This document shows, piece after piece, positions 1 to 7,171 of a stretch of 11,229 nt of DNA (position 1 is its first letter; each line of letters opens with the position of its first letter). The notes below the pieces were generated by a model, which was not told where the DNA came from, did no database searches, and saw nothing but the letters and a program-made list of their open reading frames with translations. This DNA is from an uncultured Nitrososphaeria archaeon (GTDB lineage Archaea > Thermoproteota > Nitrososphaeria_A > Caldarchaeales > Calditenuaceae). The stretch covers positions 1 through 11,229 of the forward strand of contig CAYTRT010000034.1 of the NCBI GenBank assembly GCA_964440295.1, read 5' to 3'. The position numbers and the translations under genes were made by a program.

Positions 1-807
1 AGGACCGCAGTCGCTAGGAGGGACCTAATGATTGTCCAGGCAGTCAAGCTGCTGGACGACCTGGACAAGATCATCAACATGCTGTATTCCCGCCTCGTCG
101 ACTGGTATGGACAGCACTTCCCCGAGCTACATCAATACATAGAGAACCCAGAGACCTATGCGAAGATTATCTACAAGATAGGAGCGAGGAAAAACTATAA
201 CGAAGCCACGATCAGCGAGCTGCTGAGAGAAGATCTGGCAAGCAAGGTGCTAGAAGCTTGTAGTAGGAGCCTCGGCGCCGATCTGAACGAAGTCGACGAA
301 TCAAAGATAAGAAAGCTCGCGGGACACATCCTTGAGTTAATGGACTTAAGAGAAGAGGTGCAGAGCTACATAAAGTCTCTGATGGCGATAGAGGCCCCGA
401 ATCTCTCGGCAATAGCTGGGCCAACCCTAGGAGCTAGGCTAATCTCTCTGGCCGGCGGACTCGAGGCGCTTGCAAGGGCTCCGGCGAGCACGATACAGGT
501 GCTGGGAGCAGAAAAGGCACTCTTCAGGTTCTTCAAGACCGGCAGAGGCGCGCCAAAGCATGGAGTCATCTTTCAGCACCCATATGTTCATGGGTCGCCA
601 AAGTGGCAGCGTGGAAAGATAGCTCGTGCCCTAGCGACGAAGATATCCATCGCCGCTAAGGTCGACTACTTCAGCAGGGAGGACAGATCGTCTGAGATTA
701 GGAAGTCTCTCGAGGAGAGGATAGCTGAGGTGAAGTCTAAGTATGCCTCGCCTCCTGCCAAGCAGACGCCTAGGCAGAAAGCAAAGAGGAGGGCGGCTAG
801 GAGATGA
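1..807 (+). CDS. nop5: Nop5/Nop56/Nop58-family C/D box RNP core protein, C-terminal part (5'-truncated by the window edge)
   Basis: Frame 1 is open from base 1 (RTAVARRDLMIVQAVKLLDDLDKIINMLYSRLVDWYGQHFPEL...). It contains the Nop-domain signature GPTLGARLISLAGGLEALARAPASTIQVLGAEKALFRFFKTGRGAPKHGVIFQHPYVHGSPKWQRGKIARALATKISIAAKVDYFS and a basic C-terminal tail. The ATG at 28 is internal. Confidence 0.96.
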   Translation, partial: RTAVARRDLMIVQAVKLLDDLDKIINMLYSRLVDWYGQHFPELHQYIENPETYAKIIYKIGARKNYNEATISELLREDLASKVLEACSRSLGADLNEVDESKIRKLAGHILELMDLREEVQSYIKSLMAIEAPNLSAIAGPTLGARLISLAGGLEALARAPASTIQVLGAEKALFRFFKTGRGAPKHGVIFQHPYVHGSPKWQRGKIARALATKISIAAKVDYFSREDRSSEIRKSLEERIAEVKSKYASPPAKQTPRQKAKRRAARR

Positions 808-1490
808 TGATTGAGCGGCACCAATCGTTTGAGGGAGTTTATTGGATCGTTGAGCAGGGCCAGAGGCTACTAGCAACGGTCAGCTTAGACCCTGGGACAT
901 CAATATATGGCGAGAGGACGTTTAGGCATGGAGAGCTAGAGTATAGGGAGTGGGTGCCCTACAGGAGTAAACTAGCAGCCGCCATCCTCACGGGTCTCAA
1001 GGAGCTTCCCATCAAGCCCTCGTCCCGCGTCCTTTATCTAGGCTCAGCCACGGGCACAACCGTGAGCCACGTCTCAGACATAGTGGGCAGCAGGGGAATA
1101 ATCTTCGCCGTAGACTTCGCGCCGAGAGTGATGGCCCAGTTTATCGAGAGGGTGGCGAGGAGGAGAAGCAACGTGATCCCAATACTCGAAGACGCCAGGC
1201 TGCCTGAGCGATACATGGCCTTCGTCGGGAAAGTCGACGTTGTCTACTGCGACGTCGCCCAGCCAGAGCAGGCAAAGCTACTGATTGACAACTGTGTCGC
1301 TTATCTTAAGAGGGGCGGCGAGGCACTACTCGCGGTCAAGGCCAGAAGCATAGACAGCACCGAAGACCCAGAGAGGGTCTTCAGGAGAGAGATAGCCGTG
1401 CTAGAGAGGGGCGGACTATCTGTCAAGGAGCATGTCAGGCTAGAACCATACGAGGAAGACCACATAATGGTACGCGTCAAGTATGAGTGA
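804..1490 (+). CDS. flpA: Fibrillarin-like rRNA/tRNA 2'-O-methyltransferase
   Basis: 228 aa ORF with fibrillarin motifs ([58 protein letters not shown]-like), overlapping the nop5 stop by ATGA. Confidence 0.97.
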   Translation: [228 protein letters not shown]

Positions 1491-2151
1491 GAAGATAAGA
1501 CTGGTTGCTGGGATAGACGAGGCTGGCCGCGGATCTCTAATCGGCCCCCTCGTAGTCGCGGCCGTCGCAGCCACTCCGGAAAAAGTCAGGATTCTCAGGG
1601 AGCTGGGCGTAAGAGACTCGAAGAAACTATCGAGAAGTAGGAGGGAAGCCATATATGAGGAACTCACTAGGCTGGGATTAGTCATCAGATTCGTGAAGCT
1701 TCCTCCCAGCATGATTGACAGATATGCTAGGCGCATGGGCGGTCCGGGAATAAACGCTTTGGAGGCCTACGCAGCCGCAGCACTGGTGAGGAGAATCAGC
1801 CCAGACGTTGTCTACATAGACTCGCCGACGAGAATTGCAGGCCAGTTCGCTAACCTAATCAGGAATAGGCTGGGAAAAGTCAGGTGCAGAGTGATATGCG
1901 AGCACAGGGCAGACGTCTCGAGGCCCATAGTCAGTGCGGCCTCGATCGTCGCAAAAGTTGTGAGGGACAGGGCCGTTGAGAAGCTCAAGAATATGCTCGG
2001 AGACTTCGGATCAGGATATCCAAGCGACAAAAGAACGATCAGGAAAGCTAAGGAACTACTAGGAGACGATAGAGACGTTAGTAGCTATATGCGGATGTCT
2101 TGGAGAACCCTTGACCACCTGCAGCCGAGCCTAGACGACTATTGGGAATGA
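1483..2151 (+). CDS. rnhB: Ribonuclease HII
   Basis: VAGIDEAGRGSLIGPLVVAAVAA at the N-terminus, GVRDSKKLSRSRREAIYEEL, YIDSP and GSGYPSD(KR) are RNase HII signatures. Confidence 0.96.
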   Translation: MSEKIRLVAGIDEAGRGSLIGPLVVAAVAATPEKVRILRELGVRDSKKLSRSRREAIYEELTRLGLVIRFVKLPPSMIDRYARRMGGPGINALEAYAAAALVRRISPDVVYIDSPTRIAGQFANLIRNRLGKVRCRVICEHRADVSRPIVSAASIVAKVVRDRAVEKLKNMLGDFGSGYPSDKRTIRKAKELLGDDRDVSSYMRMSWRTLDHLQPSLDDYWE

Positions 2152-2155
2152 CGAA

Positions 2156-2722
2156 ATGACTGCCGCACTATATGTTTTCACCGGGCCTCCGGGATGCGGC
2201 AAGACGACCCTCGTCAGGACAATCGCTGAGAGACTCAGGGCTGCCGGAGTACCTGTTGGAGGCATGCTTACAAGCGAGGTGAGGAGCGGCGGATTGAGGA
2301 TTGGCTTCGATCTGCAAGACCTCGTGAGCGGAGAGTTAGCGCCACTCGCTAGGATAGGCGATGGGCAACCGAGAATTGGGAAATACGTAGTCTTCACCGA
2401 TAACCTCGAGAGGCTTGGTGTCAGGGCGATTGACCAGGCAGTCGAGAAAAACGCGGTAGTGGTGATAGACGAAGTTGGACCGATGGAGCTGCTGAGCCAG
2501 AGATTCATCAACTCTGTAGAACTCGCGCTCAGAGAGTCGAATGTATCAATAGTTACTGTCCACTATAGGTCGAGTCACCCACTTGCACAAAGAGTTAGAC
2601 GTGAGGCCGCGAGGCTCATAGAGCTTAGGAGAGGAATGCCGCGAGACATGCTGGAAAAGATAGTCAGCGATATCACAATCGAAGTAGAGCAAAGGTCAAG
2701 AAAAAATGTCGCTGGAAGATGA
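2156..2722 (+). CDS. THEP1-type nucleoside-triphosphatase / P-loop nucleotide kinase
   Basis: Walker A FTGPPGCGKTTLVRTIAERL, followed by VGGMLTSEVRSGGLRIGFDL and Walker B AVVVIDEVGPMELLSQRF, typical of the THEP1/NTPase_1 family. Confidence 0.92.
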   Translation: MTAALYVFTGPPGCGKTTLVRTIAERLRAAGVPVGGMLTSEVRSGGLRIGFDLQDLVSGELAPLARIGDGQPRIGKYVVFTDNLERLGVRAIDQAVEKNAVVVIDEVGPMELLSQRFINSVELALRESNVSIVTVHYRSSHPLAQRVRREAARLIELRRGMPRDMLEKIVSDITIEVEQRSRKNVAGR

Positions 2723-3890
2723 GTTTGGATTTCCCGTAAAGTGCATATCTGAGGGCCACGTGAAGATACTTGTACCCCAAGGCGTGGGCGAGGTGGATCC
2801 ATCCTCACTCCCAGTCTTCTACAACCCCGCATCGAAAATATCTAGAGACTTGGCTGTTCTAGCGGTGGAGGGATACTTCGCTGGTAAGACTGGCCTATCG
2901 ATGTGCGAGCCGCTGGCGGGGTGCGGTGTGAGGACGATCAGAATAATGCTAGAGTCAGGAGTGATAGAGCGGGCAGTCGCAGGCGACATCAACAAGAACG
3001 CCGCAAAGCTAATCTCTGCAAACGCAGCGATTAATGGCTTGTCGGAGCGGGTCAAGGCGTTGCATATTGATGCCAATCTACTGCTTGCAAGGATGCATGC
3101 AGAGCACGAGAGGGTGGACTACGTCGATATAGATCCCGCGGGGTCGCCTGCAAGGTTTCTAGAGAATGCCTGCAGAGCCACGAGTAAGAATGGACTTTTG
3201 GGCGCATCTGCAACGGACCTCGCGGCACTGTCAGGGGCCTCTGCCCCGACTGCGCTCTGGAGATATAGTATACACCTAGCTAAGACGGTCTTTCTGAAGG
3301 AAGTTGCTGCTAGATCTCTTGCAGGCTTCATAGTCATGTCAGCGTCGAGACTGGGTCTTGCCGCTCGGCCGGTGCTCACCGTCGTCCACAGACATTTCAT
3401 AAGAGTCTTTGCTAGTCTTGAACGTGGAAAGAGCCGGGCGCTAGAAGCATCATCGGGGATAGGATACCTCGTGCACTGCAGGGCCTGCTTATCGACTCGT
3501 AAGGCAGCCTTTCCAGCATTGATTGACAGCAAGTGTCATGAGTGCGGTGGACAGCTCGTGGTTCTAGGGCCGCTCTGGCTCGGAGTACTCAGCGACGAAG
3601 CAGTCATAGATAGAATATTGAAGAGTCGTAAGATTGATGATCCGACCTATGGAGATGCGTATAAAATCTTGAGGAGAATTGCCGGCGAGATCCAGGATAT
3701 TCCGTATTATTATCCAGTCGCTGAGCTTGCCAGGCGGGCTAAGACCTCACCTCCAAAGGTCTCGAGACTCGTCGAGAAGCTCAGAGAGCTAGGCTACAAG
3801 GCATCTACGACGCATCACGACTACTCGGCAATTAAGACAGACGCGCCTCCAAAATCACTCGTCGAACTTGTCAAGGATGCCGCGGCTTGA
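2706..3890 (+). CDS. trm1: tRNA (guanine(26)-N(2))-dimethyltransferase Trm1
   Basis: FYNPASKISRDLAVLAVEGYF, EPLAGCGVRTIRIM, VDYVDIDPAGSPARFLENAC, GLLGASATDLAALSG and a Zn-ribbon-like CRAC...CHEC insert, followed by a wHTH-like C-terminus. Confidence 0.95.
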   Translation: MSLEDEFGFPVKCISEGHVKILVPQGVGEVDPSSLPVFYNPASKISRDLAVLAVEGYFAGKTGLSMCEPLAGCGVRTIRIMLESGVIERAVAGDINKNAAKLISANAAINGLSERVKALHIDANLLLARMHAEHERVDYVDIDPAGSPARFLENACRATSKNGLLGASATDLAALSGASAPTALWRYSIHLAKTVFLKEVAARSLAGFIVMSASRLGLAARPVLTVVHRHFIRVFASLERGKSRALEASSGIGYLVHCRACLSTRKAAFPALIDSKCHECGGQLVVLGPLWLGVLSDEAVIDRILKSRKIDDPTYGDAYKILRRIAGEIQDIPYYYPVAELARRAKTSPPKVSRLVEKLRELGYKASTTHHDYSAIKTDAPPKSLVELVKDAAA

Positions 3891-3897
3891 CGTGTCT

Positions 3898-4809
3898 TTA
3901 GAATATCTGTATTCCGAAGTAGCTCGTTATGAATTTCAGCGCTACGTAGAAGAAGTAGATTCCGAATATTAGCTTGAGCGTGTTGGGCTTGAATCTCTTG
4001 ATTATTGCTGCTCCTAGCTGTGCTCCTATTACGGTGCCTATGCCTAGTATTAGTCCAGTGTTAAGCGCGACGTATCCCTGGGCTAGTTTTATTCCGCCTC
4101 CTATCGTCGCTAGTGGAATCATGGATGCGAGCGATGTCCCCATCGTTATGTATACAGGCGTGTCGAACAAGTATATTAGTCCTGGTACCAGCGCGTAGCC
4201 TCCGCCCAGGCCGGCAATTCCAGTGAGTATGCCGATCACGAATCCGAAGAGTGATATGAGTGGTTTGGAGATTTTTGCCTGCCCGCCTTCTCCCTGAGCT
4301 TTCTTTGCCTGTGTCTTGCCTACTCCCTCAATTATCATCCTGATGGCTGGGAAGATGAACGCGAGCCCCAGAATGAAGTTCAGCAACGCTACTTGGCTGA
4401 CTAGTAGTATAAAGACCCATGAGCCCACGATCACGCCTATCGTTCCCATTACTCCAATCCACAAGAATAGAGTCTTGTCGAGGTTCTTCCGAATCAGGTG
4501 TCCATAGGCTCCTGATAGGGTGGTGAATATTACTGCAAACAGCGTGGTCCCTACGGCGATGGGTACGGAGTAGCCGAACCAGAAATGTATGACTGGAAGC
4601 ATTATGCTGCATCCTCCCGTACCTATGAGTCCGCCTAGGAGCCCAGCAGCAAAGCCGGTAACCAATAACAGCGAGCCAGTCAACGCGTCAATCTCTGGGC
4701 TTCCGCCCAAATGCATAGTAAGTGACCACGTGAGTGCGGCGGCTAATCCAAGCAGAAGAATAACGACCGGCAGATAATCTCTCCAGAAACTTCTCTTAGG
4801 ACCGGACAT
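3898..4809 (-). CDS. TauE/SafE-family anion exporter / membrane permease
   Basis: Multi-TM ORF with repeated GLIGTGGCSIMLPVIHFWFG and GIAGLGGGYALVPGLIYL motifs typical of TauE/SafE. The track starts at TTG 4824; ATG 4809 is preferred because a TATA-like ATATATAACC lies ~25-30 nt upstream. Confidence 0.9.
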   Translation of the reverse strand: MSGPKRSFWRDYLPVVILLLGLAAALTWSLTMHLGGSPEIDALTGSLLLVTGFAAGLLGGLIGTGGCSIMLPVIHFWFGYSVPIAVGTTLFAVIFTTLSGAYGHLIRKNLDKTLFLWIGVMGTIGVIVGSWVFILLVSQVALLNFILGLAFIFPAIRMIIEGVGKTQAKKAQGEGGQAKISKPLISLFGFVIGILTGIAGLGGGYALVPGLIYLFDTPVYITMGTSLASMIPLATIGGGIKLAQGYVALNTGLILGIGTVIGAQLGAAIIKRFKPNTLKLIFGIYFFYVALKFITSYFGIQIF

Positions 4810-4830
4810 TTCAGCATAATACAACCTACA

Positions 4831-4840
4831 GGTTATATAT
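4831..4840 (-). promoter_or_regulatory. TATA box (ATATATAACC) for the TauE/SafE gene
   Basis: Centred ~27 nt upstream of ATG 4809, consistent with a leaderless transcript. Confidence 0.6.
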
Positions 4841-4848
4841 GCACCTAA

Positions 4849-4872
4849 CGCTTAGTAATGTTTCAGATTTTT
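4849..4872. repeat. Intergenic motif copy 1: CGCTTAGTAATGTTTCAGATTTTT
   Basis: Near-identical to 6229-6254 (one substitution in the first 18 nt, one G insertion and one extra T in the T-run). Lies just upstream of the TauE/SafE promoter. Confidence 0.7.
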
Positions 4873-4956
4873 GAATCTCTTAACTATTGCTGTTTCTGTA
4901 TCCCTGATCTTCATGTTCTGGCTGCTCCGCGGAATCCCTAACACCTCACCTGATCA

Positions 4957-5508
4957 TTAATCCCTAATTATCTCCAGCAGTTTAGCCGCCTTGATGGCAT
5001 GATTAAGCGCGGACTCGTAGAGCCTCCTATTACTGAAAATCCAGCTGTTGACACCTCTTATCAACGTGGGCTCGGTCTCGAAGACCTCCAATATCTCCTC
5101 CTTCCGAAAAACTCTTAGATAATGCTCCGGATACTTCAGTATCAGGACTCTCCGATACTCCACTTCGTGCACATGCGTCAGCGGATGGCCCTCAGCTGAC
5201 CACGAAGCCGAAATATGGTGTTCTATATCGGATAAGCTGATTGTGCCCCTCATCCCGCGGCGCCTCCACTCCTCAACGCAGACGTTAAAGTAGCCTATGA
5301 GGTCCTTGAGATAGGGCTTGCCATCATTATAGTACATGAGGACTATTGGGTGGTTTAGCCAGCCGCGCCTCCCATTCCTTATTAAGCCCATCTTGCGGAA
5401 AATCGCCATCATGACCTGTTTAGCCTCGACCCTCTGCTTCCCCAGTCGTCTGTCATCCAGCACCCGCGCAGACATCCACCAATCCACGTAGGGCCTAAAA
5501 ACCTGCAT
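4957..5508 (-). CDS. MSMEG_6728-like / pyrimidine dimer DNA glycosylase (endonuclease V-like) family protein
   Basis: N-terminus MQVFRPYVDWWMSARVLDDRRLGKQRVEAKQVMMAIF...GWLNHPIVLMYYNDGKPYLKDLIGYFNVCVEEWRRRG matches my recollection of this family (DxxRLGKQRVE, NHP..MW/YY). The track ORF starts at 5550; the internal ATG at 5508 fits the promoter and the family N-terminus better. Confidence 0.7.
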   Translation of the reverse strand: MQVFRPYVDWWMSARVLDDRRLGKQRVEAKQVMMAIFRKMGLIRNGRRGWLNHPIVLMYYNDGKPYLKDLIGYFNVCVEEWRRRGMRGTISLSDIEHHISASWSAEGHPLTHVHEVEYRRVLILKYPEHYLRVFRKEEILEVFETEPTLIRGVNSWIFSNRRLYESALNHAIKAAKLLEIIRD

Positions 5509-5534
5509 ATCTAAGACCGGGAATACCGCTGGCG

Positions 5535-5545
5535 CAATAAAATTT
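5535..5545 (-). promoter_or_regulatory. TATA-like box (AAATTTTATTG region) for the glycosylase-like gene
   Basis: A/T-rich element ~30 nt upstream of ATG 5508, and inside the longer ORF version that starts at 5550. Confidence 0.5.
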
Positions 5546-5596
5546 TTCAAGCAGGCTCGTAGCCGCCTTGAGCGTCATCCTACCTATTCTTAAATT

Positions 5597-6130
5597 CTAG
5601 ATTCCTGCTTTGATGCTGCGTTCTTCTCTACCTTTTAGTGTCATGAGTATCTGCGCGTGCCTCTTCTCATCTTCAGCTATCCAATTCATAATCATTTTGA
5701 GAGAATCGGCCTCGGGATAACCTTCAAGCAGCATTTTTATCGCCTCTGCCTGAAGCATCATCAGATATTCCTCCATGACCGCGCTCTCTAAGTTGGTCAG
5801 CGAGTCTACAATGGATGCAAGGTCTTCTCTTGAGAGCTTGCCGGTCTGTGCTAGCTCGTTCTCGACTCCACGCATTACCGCGGCCCATAGCTCTCCGGCA
5901 ACTTGCTCGCATTCTCCGAGGCCCCGCATCTCCCCGCCTAGCGCCGTGGCCACATTCTTCAGCGTCTCTGCATGCTTCCAAGAATCACTCGCCACATAGC
6001 TTAGTAGGGCTTTTAAGACTGGGCCCTCGGCTCTTTTAGCCATGTGCTTATAGGCCTCGGACACCCGTTCCTCCAAAAATGCACAACACTGGATTAGCTT
6101 AAGAAGTTCATCCTTACTGACGGAGCACAT
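5597..6130 (-). CDS. Ferritin-like / rubrerythrin-like small helical protein
   Basis: 177 aa, all-helical appearance with spaced E and ExxH motifs (FLEERVSEAYKHMA, SDSWKHAETLKN, LTNLESAVMEEYLMML, AEDEKRHAQILMTL) compatible with a ferritin-like carboxylate-bridged di-iron four-helix bundle. Confidence 0.65.
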   Translation of the reverse strand: MCSVSKDELLKLIQCCAFLEERVSEAYKHMAKRAEGPVLKALLSYVASDSWKHAETLKNVATALGGEMRGLGECEQVAGELWAAVMRGVENELAQTGKLSREDLASIVDSLTNLESAVMEEYLMMLQAEAIKMLLEGYPEADSLKMIMNWIAEDEKRHAQILMTLKGREERSIKAGI

Positions 6131-6228
6131 GCTAATTAGTCCAGCAGTATGAATTAATAAGCTTTTTAGGACAGACCTTTTCCGCCCACACCCTAGCTTG
6201 CCAACTCTTAGATAAACGAATTACAATT

Positions 6229-6254
6229 CGCTTAGTGATGTTTCAGGATTTTTT
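6229..6254. repeat. Intergenic motif copy 2: CGCTTAGTGATGTTTCAGGATTTTTT
   Basis: Direct-orientation match to 4849-4872, located between the tRNA-Trp 3' end and the ferritin-like gene. Confidence 0.7.
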
Positions 6255-6261
6255 GGCTGTC

Positions 6262-6362
6262 TGGGGGCGGTGGGATTCGAACCCACGGTCTCCGGGTTAC
6301 TTCTCTGGCCAGCGAGCCTCATCTGGAGCCCGGCGCCTTAGACCTTACTAGGCTACGCCCCC
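6262..6362 (-). tRNA. tRNA-Trp (anticodon CCA), intron-containing
   Basis: On the minus strand: acceptor GGGGGCG/CGCCCCC, D-arm GCCT...AGGC, anticodon stem CCGGG/CCCGG, loop CTCCAGA after intron removal, variable AGACC, T-arm GTGGG TTCGAAT CCCAC, discriminator A. No encoded CCA. Mature length 76 nt. Confidence 0.9.
6298..6322 (-). other. Inferred 25-nt tRNA intron at canonical position 37/38 (ATGAGGCTCGCTGGCCAGAGAAGTA)
   Basis: The extra sequence between G37 and A38 must be removed to restore a 7-nt anticodon loop closed by CCGGG/CCCGG. The bulge-helix-bulge pairing is imperfect, so exact cut sites are inferred. Confidence 0.75.
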
Positions 6363-6433
6363 AGATGTTGCCTGTCGTTTTATGCTTCAATAACAATTGA
6401 GAAGAGGTTGGATTTAGCTCTAACGTGAGTCAT

Positions 6434-7015
6434 TCATGCTTTGTTGGGCTCGTACTGCAGCTTGAGCCTCAGCAGTCCCTTCGAGACCTCGGACTCAATT
6501 ATCCTCAGCCTAAACTCCTCGAAGATGCCCTTGGCGAGCTCAAAAACGCATTGGGTAGATTCGATCACTCCTCCGACGCCGAAGGCATTCACTTCGTAGA
6601 GTCCTGGGCCGATGTTCTTTATGTTTACGGTCTTCAACGGGTAGAACTTAAGCAGCTTATTTCCAAGCTGAAACAGTTGCTCTGGAGTGTCTGCGAGTAT
6701 CCTTATGTATTTGCCCACCTCCCTGCCGAGCTTGTAGAAGCTATTCAATAAGAAGTCGCGATCCTTTTCGTATAGTTTTGAGAGTAGGTTGTCCATGAAT
6801 TCCGATGGTAGCAAGATGGCGTCGAAGTCTCTGAGGATTCGGTAAGTCTTCCAGAGGTCTCGCAGAAAGTCTATGTCTATGCCTTCGTTAATTGCCTCAA
6901 TTCCGGCCTCAATTATCTCATTAGTGAGGGCGTAGAGCGTCATATTCTTCTTCTTAGCCAGCTGGGAAAGCTCCTCCCCTATGTTTGACTCAACAGCTAG
7001 TGACATCCTACCCAT
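6434..7015 (-). CDS. Uncharacterised archaeal protein with an RHH-like N-terminal segment
   Basis: 193 aa continuous ORF with normal coding character, between the tRNA and 5S genes. N-terminus SNIGEELSQLAKKKNMTLYALTNEIIEAGIEAINEG resembles a ribbon-helix-helix segment; the rest could not be assigned. An alternative start is ATG 7006. Confidence 0.75.
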   Translation of the reverse strand: MGRMSLAVESNIGEELSQLAKKKNMTLYALTNEIIEAGIEAINEGIDIDFLRDLWKTYRILRDFDAILLPSEFMDNLLSKLYEKDRDFLLNSFYKLGREVGKYIRILADTPEQLFQLGNKLLKFYPLKTVNIKNIGPGLYEVNAFGVGGVIESTQCVFELAKGIFEEFRLRIIESEVSKGLLRLKLQYEPNKA

Positions 7016-7171
7016 AATTCATCTGCAATTAGTGTATAACTAGAGGTAAGTAAATAACCTTGTGGATATCACAACATTTATGCATACTTTTTTTGATATT
7101 GAATGGCCCAACCAACAACCGCCTAGTCCTCAGTATAGCCTTAAATCCAGCCTCGACTTATTGATACTCCT

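Noticed and set aside
1440-1736. Minus-strand 98-aa ORF and similar antisense ORFs at 212-569, 631-876, 1812-2030, 2131-2511, 2575-3076 and 3119-3532
   Set aside because: All lie antisense to strongly supported genes of the nop5-trm1 cluster, have low-complexity Ser/Leu/Pro-rich translations and no recognisable motifs.
4860-4944. Possible box C/D sRNA on the minus strand (ATGATCA or ATGAAGA as box C, CTGA within ATCTGAAAC as box D)
   Set aside because: The boxes deviate from RUGAUGA, no D'/C' pair or terminal stem was found, and the CTGA belongs to the repeated motif whose other copy lacks a matching upstream box C.
3898-6130. Plus-strand ORFs at 3974-4198, 4316-4507, 4589-4777, 5775-5999 and 5815-6039, plus minus-strand overlapping ORFs 4328-4612 and 5724-5981
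   Set aside because: Embedded in or overlapping the supported TauE/SafE and ferritin-like genes, with no independent promoter or domain evidence.
6262-6362. Interpretation as a class II tRNA (Leu CAG or Ser) with a long variable arm
   Set aside because: Using CAG as anticodon loses T33 and no anticodon stem closes. CTCCAGA with CCGGG/CCCGG gives a perfect class I tRNA-Trp once the 25-nt intron is removed.
6425-6751. Plus-strand 108-aa ORF
   Set aside because: Antisense to the 193-aa minus-strand ORF, which is longer and has better coding character.
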